From the NCBI GenBank assembly GCA_012514175.1, contig JAAZAU010000011.1:1-63671 (forward strand): DNA of 63,671 nucleotides, given 5' to 3'. Of the stretch, positions 29,541 to 37,741 are shown piece by piece. The translations under genes were made by a program, and so were the position numbers. The notes beneath the pieces are model-generated. The model saw only the letters and a list, made by a program, of their open reading frames with translations. It was not told the DNA's origin and ran no database searches. Within the stretch, counting starts at the first letter, position 1; every line of letters starts with the position of its first letter. Source of the stretch: Parcubacteria group bacterium (GTDB lineage Bacteria > Patescibacteriota > Minisyncoccia > Phycocordibacterales > WO2-35-19).

Positions 29541-30110
29541 TCAGGGTGCGAGCTTGTAGCCAACGCCTTTGATGTTTTTGATTATGTCCTTATTTTTAGC
29601 TTTCTTTGCGGGCAAAATGCCGAGTGCCTCTTTGATATTGCGTATCACAAAAGTCAGGTTGCGCTTGGTAGTTTTGGAAACAGATTCGCCAAGAATATCG
29701 GAGTAGGTTATCTGATTGCCCTTGGCCGTAGCGAGTTTGAGAAGAGTTGCGAACTCCTGGCTCTTCGGATTGAAAATAGCTTGAACAGTATTCAAACGGA
29801 CCGTAGCAGTAACTTTGTCGATAGAGAGAGTATTGGCCCCGATTGTGACGGAAATGAGATCGTCATCAGTCTTGATGGGCTTTACGTAATCATCAAAAGT
29901 ACTAATAACCCAGAAACTTACAGCTTTCCCGATAACATTGAGATCCTTGATAAGACCCTCCTGTTCAAGCTTTTTCAAGACGAGTATCTGTTCACCTGTA
30001 GAAAATGAGAGTGTGTCTTTGAGCTGGAACTTCAAAATACCTGCCGGACTTATCTGTGCTCGTTCGTGTATTAAATCTTTGATGAATTGTAATTTTTCTC
30101 CAGCCTTCAT
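29541..30110 (-). CDS. winged-helix (OmpR/PhoB-type C-terminal) DNA-binding protein
   Basis: C-terminus ...FVIRNIKEALG......IKNIKGVGYKLAP. ORF trimmed to MKAGEKL at 30110, because the upstream part overlaps the divergent ORF. Confidence 0.55.
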   Translation of the reverse strand: MKAGEKLQFIKDLIHERAQISPAGILKFQLKDTLSFSTGEQILVLKKLEQEGLIKDLNVIGKAVSFWVISTFDDYVKPIKTDDDLISVTIGANTLSIDKVTATVRLNTVQAIFNPKSQEFATLLKLATAKGNQITYSDILGESVSKTTKRNLTFVIRNIKEALGILPAKKAKNKDIIKNIKGVGYKLAP

Positions 30111-30203
30111 GAAACGGTAATGGTAATGTTCCCTTAATCTACTCTTTTTTCGTAGATTTTCCAATATAGTGAGCTGGTATGTGGGGTAGTAGACTTCTTC
30201 GGA

Positions 30204-30560
30204 GTGTTCCAGTATGTTCGTCGTGCGATGAAGACATTTATAAAAGCAGAGGCAAAAGATATCAACGGCACAAGCTTTGTCGGCTATCTCCAGGCAGATT
30301 ACGAACACATGTTCGCACTATTTAGCTTTCCGAATGATAGGACCAGAGACGATGAATGGAGATCATCAGATCAAAAGACTCGCTTTGAGTGGGCGTTCAA
30401 GACCAAGGGCAAGAAACCAACGGTAGCCACAATTTATGACTACAAGGATAATAGGTCGATTGAAGATATTGATATGTGGCATGTGGGATATAAGGGGTCC
30501 GAGAGGCATGTTGAGGATTTCTTTAAAAAGTTGCATTTGTTCGTAATGCCGAAAGCATAG
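30204..30560 (+). CDS. hypothetical protein
   Basis: 118-aa ORF divergent from the wHTH gene, with no motif. Followed by an 11-12 bp palindromic hairpin at ~30673..30698. Confidence 0.45.
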   Translation: MFQYVRRAMKTFIKAEAKDINGTSFVGYLQADYEHMFALFSFPNDRTRDDEWRSSDQKTRFEWAFKTKGKKPTVATIYDYKDNRSIEDIDMWHVGYKGSERHVEDFFKKLHLFVMPKA

Positions 30561-30721
30561 GATCAGTTATTAGGAATTTCCGAATAACTCAAAAATGAAC
30601 CGGAAGTAAGGTTAAACCTAACATCCAGTCACAAAATGATAAGAATGGAACTTTTAATTTGAAACCAGCATATTAAAAGTTAAGGGCTTAACTTTTAATA
30701 CGTAAAATTGCTCGCGTTGAC

Positions 30722-30949
30722 TTGTTTCCTGTATTGATCAACGATCAGAGTATGACAACAGAAAATATTCTTAAAAAATTAGAAGAGTTTATAAATATAA
30801 AAGCTAAAGAAAATAGGTCCTTATGGAAAAGAGAGATGTGCGAAAGTGAGGATATTGAGAAATATGGCCTAAACGAGTTTGTCGGCGGTAAGGCAGACGC
30901 TTATGAAGACTGCCTAGATTATCTAAAAGAACTAAAAACTAGTGAATAG
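30722..30949 (+). CDS. hypothetical small acidic protein
   Basis: 75-aa ORF (TTG start in the track; an ATG at 30752 is more plausible). Confidence 0.35.
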   Translation: MFPVLINDQSMTTENILKKLEEFINIKAKENRSLWKREMCESEDIEKYGLNEFVGGKADAYEDCLDYLKELKTSE

Positions 30950-31062
30950 AAGGCTAAAACAGGTGTCCATTCACTAAAAAGTCTTAAAAGATATTGAATT
31001 AAATTTTTTCTAAATTTTTCGCACAAAGTAAATTAGGCTAACAGCTTTAAATCTGCTAAAAT

Positions 31063-31890
31063 GTGGGTATTATGTCACCAGAAGTATTAGATAAAAAACA
31101 AGCAATTCGTTCACTAGTGCACACCGCGGTTGAATCATATGCCGCAGGTTTCCAAGCTCGACATGAGGGCGAAATAGATGATCCAGAGGGAACTCTGAAT
31201 ATGAAAATACATAATGTTTTTATTGCTGTCCTCGGTCCCGAAATACAATATTTTACTGCTCTCGTTCGATCACTAGATAGCTCTCTTGGAAATATGCTCG
31301 AAAAATTGGCGATAAATATTGCTAAATTTTCTTATGAGGTCAAACAGAATGTTGAGGGTCCTTTAAGTGTTCAGCAAACTCAATCAATTGCAGAGCTTCT
31401 AGAAAAATATAAAAGACGAGAGCTAACCCCGAGCAGTGATGACTATCAGCTTTTAAGGACAAAACCCACAGATCAATCATTAGTTACAAAGAGGCACGAT
31501 AGTGACTATTATTTGATTGATAAAGAGACAGGAGAGAACTATCTAATCGAACTTAAGATAGGTGGTGATCTTGATAATAAAAAAGCTCGATCTGAAAAAG
31601 AAGCACTTTTGGAACAGCTTGCCATTCTTTCAAATACATTACCTGTTAATTCTAAAGTAAAAATATTCTTTGCAACAGTATATAACCGTTATGGTGAAGA
31701 CAAACCATGGAAACAAGAGCGAGTAAAGCAATTTTTTGCTGAAGATGAGCTGATGATAGGTAAAGATTTTTGGAATTTTGTATGTAAGTCTGACGATGGA
31801 TATAAAATTGTTCTTGATGCATATAAGGAAAAAGCTGGACTAATCAAGAATTCTTTGGATTCAATAAAGAAGACCTACCTAGGGGTATAG
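31063..31890 (+). CDS. candidate type II restriction endonuclease
   Basis: Lies immediately upstream of two DNA methyltransferases. Has a PD-(D/E)xK-like D...ELK segment (DSDYYLIDKETGENYLIELKIGGD). Family assignment not verifiable by eye. Confidence 0.5.
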   Translation: MGIMSPEVLDKKQAIRSLVHTAVESYAAGFQARHEGEIDDPEGTLNMKIHNVFIAVLGPEIQYFTALVRSLDSSLGNMLEKLAINIAKFSYEVKQNVEGPLSVQQTQSIAELLEKYKRRELTPSSDDYQLLRTKPTDQSLVTKRHDSDYYLIDKETGENYLIELKIGGDLDNKKARSEKEALLEQLAILSNTLPVNSKVKIFFATVYNRYGEDKPWKQERVKQFFAEDELMIGKDFWNFVCKSDDGYKIVLDAYKEKAGLIKNSLDSIKKTYLGV

Positions 31891-31906
31891 CTAGGGTTTA
31901 AAAATT

Positions 31907-33094
31907 ATGCAACCACTTATAAAATGGCCTGGCGGCAAATCAAAAGAATTTGAATACATAAAAGATCTTATTCCTCACCATACACGTTATGTTGAGCCGT
32001 TTTTTGGTGGTGGTGCCGTTTTCTTTCAATTGAAACCAAAGAAAGCAATAATAAATGACATTAATCTTGAGTTAGTGAACTTTTATAAGTTTATTAAAGG
32101 TGAAGAAGATAAAAAATCTTTTGAGAAGGCCCTGTATGATTATGTCGACAATTGGGAAAAAATCCCTAAATATATTGCCATATTTGAAGATAAGCTAACT
32201 AAGCTGTATTTGGATTTTAAACACGACAAGATTTCCAAGGAAGATCTTAAAGTGACCGTAAATAAATACCTACAGTCTGAAGAGAAAAGATTCAATGGTC
32301 TTTTTCATGAAGACTTTTGCCTCGACGAGAAAAACTTGTTAAGACAGATAATTTCTAATCTTGTCTCTAAGCTCGGCAGAATAAAGAAAATCGAAAAAGA
32401 ACGTGGAAAGATTGGTGATGGTGATTTACATAAAAACATAGAAACCGCCTTCCGTAGTGGTTTTTATATGCATTTCAGAGATGTAATGAATTATAATGGC
32501 TCACGTTTTAAAACCACTCTAGCTAAAAAAGTTGCGAATTATTATTTCATAAGAGAATTTTGCTACGCGTCAATGTTTAGGTTCAATGCGGCTGGGCATT
32601 TTAATATACCTTATGGTGGCATTGGATATAACAATAAAGATTTTAGAAGTAAGGTGGATTATATTCTCAGTAAAGATGTTGAAGACTTATTCAAAAATAC
32701 AGAGATAGAAAATACTGATTTTGAAAAGATCTTTAAAAAAAGTAAGCTGAGTGAAAATGACTTTATATTTCTAGATCCACCATATGATACCGACTTTAGT
32801 GATTATGAAAAACACTCTTTTGGTAAAAAAGATCAAGAGAGGCTTGCTGAGTGTTTGTACACTACAAAAGCTAGATTTATCTTAATAATTAAAGACACCC
32901 CATTTATTTCAAGTTTATATAAGAACAAGAAAGGAATAAACGTTGTCTCTTTTGATAAGACTTATCTTTATAACGTAAAAGGTCGAAACGATAGAGAGGT
33001 TGAACATCTGATCATCTATAACTTCAATGAAAAAATATCTGAACAAAATCATACATGGAAATTGCCTAGAAGTGTTGAAAGGGTTTCCAGATAA
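31907..33094 (+). CDS. Dam-family (D12 class) DNA adenine-N6 methyltransferase with large insertion
   Basis: KWPGGKS, EPFFGGGAVFF, NDIN and DPPY motifs. 395 aa. Confidence 0.85.
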   Translation: MQPLIKWPGGKSKEFEYIKDLIPHHTRYVEPFFGGGAVFFQLKPKKAIINDINLELVNFYKFIKGEEDKKSFEKALYDYVDNWEKIPKYIAIFEDKLTKLYLDFKHDKISKEDLKVTVNKYLQSEEKRFNGLFHEDFCLDEKNLLRQIISNLVSKLGRIKKIEKERGKIGDGDLHKNIETAFRSGFYMHFRDVMNYNGSRFKTTLAKKVANYYFIREFCYASMFRFNAAGHFNIPYGGIGYNNKDFRSKVDYILSKDVEDLFKNTEIENTDFEKIFKKSKLSENDFIFLDPPYDTDFSDYEKHSFGKKDQERLAECLYTTKARFILIIKDTPFISSLYKNKKGINVVSFDKTYLYNVKGRNDREVEHLIIYNFNEKISEQNHTWKLPRSVERVSR

Positions 33095-33809
33095 TAGTGT
33101 TGACCTCATTTTTGCTGATCCGCCATATTATCTACAACTACCAAAAGGTAAGAGATTAAAGCGACCGGATGGTTCAGAGATTATTCCTGTTGATGATGCA
33201 TGGGATCAGTTCGATGGTTATGAAGACTATGATCGTTTTACAACAGATTGGCTTAAAGAATGCCAAAGAATTTTAAAACCGACAGGAACTATATGGGTTA
33301 TAGGGATGTACCATAATATTTTTAGAGTTGGAAAAATTATGCAGGATTTGGGTATTTGGTTTTTGAATGATGTTATATGGGTTAAGATCGGTGCACTTCC
33401 TAATTTAAATTGTCGTCGTCTGACTAACAACCATGAGACTTTGATATGGGGTGTGAAAGATAAAAAATCAAAAGGTTATACCTTTAATTATCAATTACTT
33501 AAAAAGATGAATGGTGATAAGCAGATGAAAGATACAGACTGGAGTTTCGGCATATGTCGTGGAAGTGAAAGGTTAAGAGGTAAAGATGGAATTAAGTCTC
33601 ATCCCACTCAAAAACCTCTTAAACTAATTCAGCAGGTACTTCTGACCTCGAGCAAAAAGGGGGACATTGTACTCGACCCATTTATGGGTAGCGGCACTAC
33701 CGCTGTAGTCGCAAAAGCTCTTGGTAGAAAATGGGTTGGAATAGAAAGAGAAAAGAAGTACGTTGACTTAGCTATCAAAAGAGTGGAAAATTTCACGATT
33801 GCTAAATAA
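33027..33809 (+). CDS. beta-class N6A/N4C DNA methyltransferase
   Basis: IIHGNCLEVLKGFPDNSVDLIFADPPYY ... HPTQKPLKL ... DPFMGSGTTAVVA. Its start overlaps the previous MTase by 68 nt. Confidence 0.88.
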   Translation: MKKYLNKIIHGNCLEVLKGFPDNSVDLIFADPPYYLQLPKGKRLKRPDGSEIIPVDDAWDQFDGYEDYDRFTTDWLKECQRILKPTGTIWVIGMYHNIFRVGKIMQDLGIWFLNDVIWVKIGALPNLNCRRLTNNHETLIWGVKDKKSKGYTFNYQLLKKMNGDKQMKDTDWSFGICRGSERLRGKDGIKSHPTQKPLKLIQQVLLTSSKKGDIVLDPFMGSGTTAVVAKALGRKWVGIEREKKYVDLAIKRVENFTIAK

Positions 33810-33828
33810 TACTAATTTATTCTAGCGT

Positions 33829-33863
33829 AAAAAATCACCCATCCTTCCTGTGGGTGATTTTTA
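33829..33863 (+). terminator. intrinsic terminator after the RM operon
   Basis: AAAATCACCCA-tccttcctg-TGGGTGATTTTT. Confidence 0.65.
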
Positions 33864-33880
33864 AAAGCCTCAAAAATGGC

Positions 33881-34234
33881 TTATATCATTTGCCATGGCC
33901 AGGGTAGAAAAGCTTGAATTGGATTTACATTTGGAAATGCATCACCAACTCTAGGCTTTAGAATATTTGCGAGATATCTTTCTACTCCGTTACGACATGC
34001 AGCGGATACTGGTGCCCACGTCACATATAGATTTTGATAAGCAGTAATGTCTGTATCTCTACGGTGTGCCGACAGGCGATCTCGAATTATTCCTTGTCCA
34101 ACCCTGATCACTGGACCGTTGCCTTGCCAGATAATGTAGACACCTTCCATACCATTGAAATGAGAGTGACTCAAGTCAACAGTAAGTAATGGTCCCCATA
34201 CATCACCTAGGCACTTTTGCCATGCAAGTTGCAT
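33881..34234 (-). CDS. GIY-YIG-like domain protein
   Basis: EGVYIIWQGNGPVIRVGQGIIRDRLSAHRRD ... VERYLAN resembles the GIY..YIG..R..H...E layout. Confidence 0.45.
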   Translation of the reverse strand: MQLAWQKCLGDVWGPLLTVDLSHSHFNGMEGVYIIWQGNGPVIRVGQGIIRDRLSAHRRDTDITAYQNLYVTWAPVSAACRNGVERYLANILKPRVGDAFPNVNPIQAFLPWPWQMI

Positions 34235-34264
34235 ATATGTGGTCCTCTGAGTTAGGGATGGTGC

Positions 34265-34423
34265 CTATTTCTTCTTACCACCTCTGCCAGTATCACCGTT
34301 TCCTGATTTAGGAATGCGTTCAACTGTAGTGGTGTTTGGACGGCCCTTAGCTTCCTTAACAGGAATAAATTCTCCTGTCTTGGAATCTCGGCCGAGTAGG
34401 AACGTTTTGGATCCTTTACTCAT
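34265..34423 (-). CDS. small basic protein (52 aa, below ORF-track cutoff)
   Basis: Hand translation: MSKGSKTFLLGRDSKTGEFIPVKEAKGRPNTTTVERIPKSGNGDTGRGGKKK. Lies 30 nt upstream of the GIY-YIG-like gene. Confidence 0.4.
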   Translation of the reverse strand: MSKGSKTFLLGRDSKTGEFIPVKEAKGRPNTTTVERIPKSGNGDTGRGGKKK

Positions 34424-34823
34424 AGTAATTGTAATTTAGGTTTGATAAAAGGGCGTAAGGTGTGATAGAGTATAGGTGTTCAGGCCATAATCTATTTTCT
34501 ACCTGTTTGTCGAATAATCGACACAGAGTATCTTTTAAGGAAGGCTACTCCTATTCAATTTAGACGCCCAGGAAAGTTACCAAACTTCCTTTGGTCGCTT
34601 TTCTTGGCGCATAACAGTTTTTATTTTGTTAAAGAGCATTTATTTGCTAGTATTTTATCAGTAACCGCGAATTGAAGTTAAGCATTGATTAACGTCTAAT
34701 GTAAATATATGAAACATCATATATTTACGACATGTGTAAAACTATGTTTGACCGATACGGGCCGACGGTGCTATTATTAAATTATGCCAATCTTGGTACA
34801 AAAAAGGTCGATTTTAAAAGAAA

Positions 34824-35120
34824 ATGAGATTTCAATTCGCAAACTCAGATCTCGAAGATCTGTACTATGAGGAAAAAGGTAAGGAAGCTTATCCTGACTA
34901 TGTCGTCACTGCCTTTTTTAAAAGGATGCAGACAATCAAATCAGCAAAAAATGAGAATGATTTGAGAGCCATAAAAGGCAACCATTTTGAGAAAATGGAA
35001 GGTGAAAACAACAAGTATTCGATCAGACTTAACCAGCAATACAGACTAATCTTCAGTTTAGAGAATGACGGTGTCTGTAAGATTATGCTGATAAAAGAAA
35101 TCTCGAATCACTATTCGTAA
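34824..35120 (+). CDS. higB: HigB-type (RelE superfamily) toxin
   Basis: 98 aa with the 'plasmid maintenance system killer' pattern (...LRAIKGNHFEKMEGENNKYSIRLNQQYRLIF...). Followed by a HigA-like HTH gene. Confidence 0.75.
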   Translation: MRFQFANSDLEDLYYEEKGKEAYPDYVVTAFFKRMQTIKSAKNENDLRAIKGNHFEKMEGENNKYSIRLNQQYRLIFSLENDGVCKIMLIKEISNHYS

Positions 35121-35130
35121 CCTCATCATC

Positions 35131-36255
35131 ATGAAAAAAAATATAAAAAATGAAAAACAAGCCGCTCGAGTATTTCACCCGGGGGACATTTTGCTTGATG
35201 AGCTAAATGACAGACAGCTTACTCAAGCTGAGTTTTCAGATATCATTGGCCGTCCAGCTAGGACTGTAAATGAGATCATTAAGGGAAAGAGGGGTATTAC
35301 TCCTGAAACAGCAGGGGTTATTGCAGCTGCACTTGGAACGTCTCCTGATATGTGGCTCGCTATGCAGGCTGAGTATGATTTATATGTTTTAAGTAAAAAA
35401 TCAAAGGATAAACCTCAAGAAGTTGAACAAAGATCAGAGTTGTATTCTTTGTTTCCAATTGCTGACCTCGTTAGACGGTCCTATATAAAAAGAAAGACTA
35501 AAGTTGAGGAACTCAAAAAAGATATTCTCAGCCTTTTGAATTTGTCATCTATTGATGACTTTAATACCAGACTCGCCGGTGCTCGTTTTAGAGTATCTAA
35601 TGGGGACATTGTTTTAGGTTATTTAAATACTTGGGTACTTTTAGCAAAGAAAAAAGCTTCTGAGCAGAAACTTGATAATAAGTATGATAAGGAAAAATTG
35701 AAGGAGTTTGCGAAAACTATTAAGGATTATTCTTGTAAAGAGAAAGGTATAGAGACAGTAATTAATGAGCTTAAAAAGCTTGGTGTTAGAGTTATTCTCT
35801 TACCACATTTTTCTAAGACACGTGTTGATGGTGCAGCTTGCTGGATTGACGACCAATCGCCGGTTATTGTCATGTCTTTGAGATATCAAAGAGTAGATAA
35901 TTTCTTCTTCACATTACTGCACGAAATAGGACACATTGTCTTACATGCACCTACTGATACCAATGCCTTTTTTGTGGATGATTTAAATAATCTAGAAAAA
36001 GAAAACAAACAAGAAAAAGAGGCTAACGATTTCGCGATTCAAAATCTCGGACTTAATGGAGTTGTTTCTAGTCTTAAGTTTATAGATATTACTCCACAGA
36101 TATTACTTAAAAAGAGTGAAGAAGTTGGAGTGCATCCTAGTTTGCTGATTGGTCATCTTCAGCATGAAAATCTGCTTGCTTATACTGCATATCAGAAGTT
36201 TTTGAATAAAGAAAAAATCAATCAGATGATTCCTGCTACCTTGATTGAGAAATAG
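35131..36255 (+). CDS. HigA-like XRE HTH antitoxin fused to ImmA/IrrE (M78) metallopeptidase domain
   Basis: N-terminus FHPGDILLDEL...LTQAEFSDIIGRPARTVNEIIKGKRGITPE (HigA/VapI HTH). C-terminal HEIGHIVLH (HExxH). Confidence 0.75.
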   Translation: MKKNIKNEKQAARVFHPGDILLDELNDRQLTQAEFSDIIGRPARTVNEIIKGKRGITPETAGVIAAALGTSPDMWLAMQAEYDLYVLSKKSKDKPQEVEQRSELYSLFPIADLVRRSYIKRKTKVEELKKDILSLLNLSSIDDFNTRLAGARFRVSNGDIVLGYLNTWVLLAKKKASEQKLDNKYDKEKLKEFAKTIKDYSCKEKGIETVINELKKLGVRVILLPHFSKTRVDGAACWIDDQSPVIVMSLRYQRVDNFFFTLLHEIGHIVLHAPTDTNAFFVDDLNNLEKENKQEKEANDFAIQNLGLNGVVSSLKFIDITPQILLKKSEEVGVHPSLLIGHLQHENLLAYTAYQKFLNKEKINQMIPATLIEK

Positions 36256-36355
36256 GTAGAAGATCAAATACTTTGTTTTTTTAACAGAGTGAATATTATA
36301 AAAAATAAATTAGAGGTTTTTCGATGTGATTCAATAATAAGGAATAAAATAATTT

Positions 36356-36946
36356 ATGTTAGTCAAAGAATGCAACATGCCAGATATTAGCGATTTGAAA
36401 CACTCAGTTGTGGGGCATTTTATCCTGACATCTTTAGCTGGTTTTGATAAACAACACTCACAAAAGACGATCAAGACACTTTCTGTTATCTCGCGTCTGA
36501 TGGATAAGGCAAAATATGAGTATCAAGTTGCCAGAGAAACTGCGATCGAAGAAGAGAAAGAAAATAAACTTACATATGAGGAATTAATGAAAAGAGATAG
36601 CGGACAGTATATGTATACATGTCCGATTATAAATCATCTTGAAAACTGTATTAATGCATTATCGAGAATTTTCAAACTCGTTAAACTTTTACCGAAAGAA
36701 TATAATTTCACTCACCAAAAAAAGATTGTTGATATACGAAATGCAATTGAACATATGGATGAACGTATCAGTAGCTCTAAACAAGGATCGCTTTCGTTAA
36801 ATATTTCTGAGGATGCACTAGCGGTTGAAATTACAGGGGAAATCATTAAGCTTGAGGATGTTGCGGGCCAGATTAGGGTTCTATACAAAGAGATAAGAGA
36901 TTTTATATATAAATCGGATGACAAAGTTACTTCAGGCAATAAATAA
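36356..36946 (+). CDS. HEPN-like hypothetical protein
   Basis: Helical 196-aa protein with IRNAIEH (R-x4-H). Confidence 0.45.
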   Translation: MLVKECNMPDISDLKHSVVGHFILTSLAGFDKQHSQKTIKTLSVISRLMDKAKYEYQVARETAIEEEKENKLTYEELMKRDSGQYMYTCPIINHLENCINALSRIFKLVKLLPKEYNFTHQKKIVDIRNAIEHMDERISSSKQGSLSLNISEDALAVEITGEIIKLEDVAGQIRVLYKEIRDFIYKSDDKVTSGNK

Positions 36947-36949
36947 TAT

Positions 36950-37471
36950 ATGAAAGAAATAACTACAATTAACTGGCATACCAAAGTCCTCAAAGAGCAT
37001 AAGAAAGAAATCACATACTCGGCGGCTTTCTCTTTTGTCGTGGCACTCGGATATCTTATCTGGTCCTATGCTCAAGGCTCGGTATTTGTATGGCAATCGA
37101 TAAGTCCGATAGAACAACCAAGTATTTTGGTCCGAGTATTTTACAGCGCATTGGCTTTTGCAGTCCCGGGCTATCTGCTCTACATCGCCGGATTTTATAA
37201 ATTCCTGCATAACGTCATCGTTCGAGGTTTGAGAGACTGGCAACTCTATAGGGGAATAAAGGCTGTGATCTGGGTCGGTCTTATATTTTTGATGTACGAA
37301 GTATTTGGAATTATCGTCAGTATCATGAACGCGGTCTTCTCATTTTTCTACAACCTTTTCAAGTTGGTTTTATACATTTCACCGGGAATCGGAGTATTCC
37401 TGATTCTCACCATAGTTGGCGCATATGCCGTAGTTTTGGCCAAAAAGAGGCTTAAGTTACCCCATAATTAG
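36950..37471 (+). CDS. 4-TM membrane protein
   Basis: Starts 4 nt after the HEPN-like stop. Four long hydrophobic helices. 173 aa. Confidence 0.55.
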   Translation: MKEITTINWHTKVLKEHKKEITYSAAFSFVVALGYLIWSYAQGSVFVWQSISPIEQPSILVRVFYSALAFAVPGYLLYIAGFYKFLHNVIVRGLRDWQLYRGIKAVIWVGLIFLMYEVFGIIVSIMNAVFSFFYNLFKLVLYISPGIGVFLILTIVGAYAVVLAKKRLKLPHN

Positions 37472-37486
37472 CCCCTAAATGCCCTT

Positions 37487-37741
37487 GTGTACGCTTTTCG
37501 GGAGAGGTTCGGGGGTAATTACAAACATATGATTTCAAAACAAGCGTTAGAAGAATTCAAAGAGATTTGGCGACAGGAAAACCCTGGCCAAGACATCGAC
37601 GATGCAACCGCAATGGATCAGGCGGTAGCTTTGCTTACCCTCATGGATACGGTCTATAAACCAGTGAAGAAAGATTGGCTCGAAAAGTACAAGAACGAAG
37701 TGACCAAAGAAAATAGTGATGACAAGGGTGGGGTAAAATAA
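37487..37741 (+). CDS. small hypothetical protein (paralog of 28867..29127)
   Basis: EEFKEIW....PGQDIDDATAMDQAVALLTLMDTVYKPVKK aligns with the 86-aa ORF at 28867. Confidence 0.5.
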   Translation: MYAFRERFGGNYKHMISKQALEEFKEIWRQENPGQDIDDATAMDQAVALLTLMDTVYKPVKKDWLEKYKNEVTKENSDDKGGVK

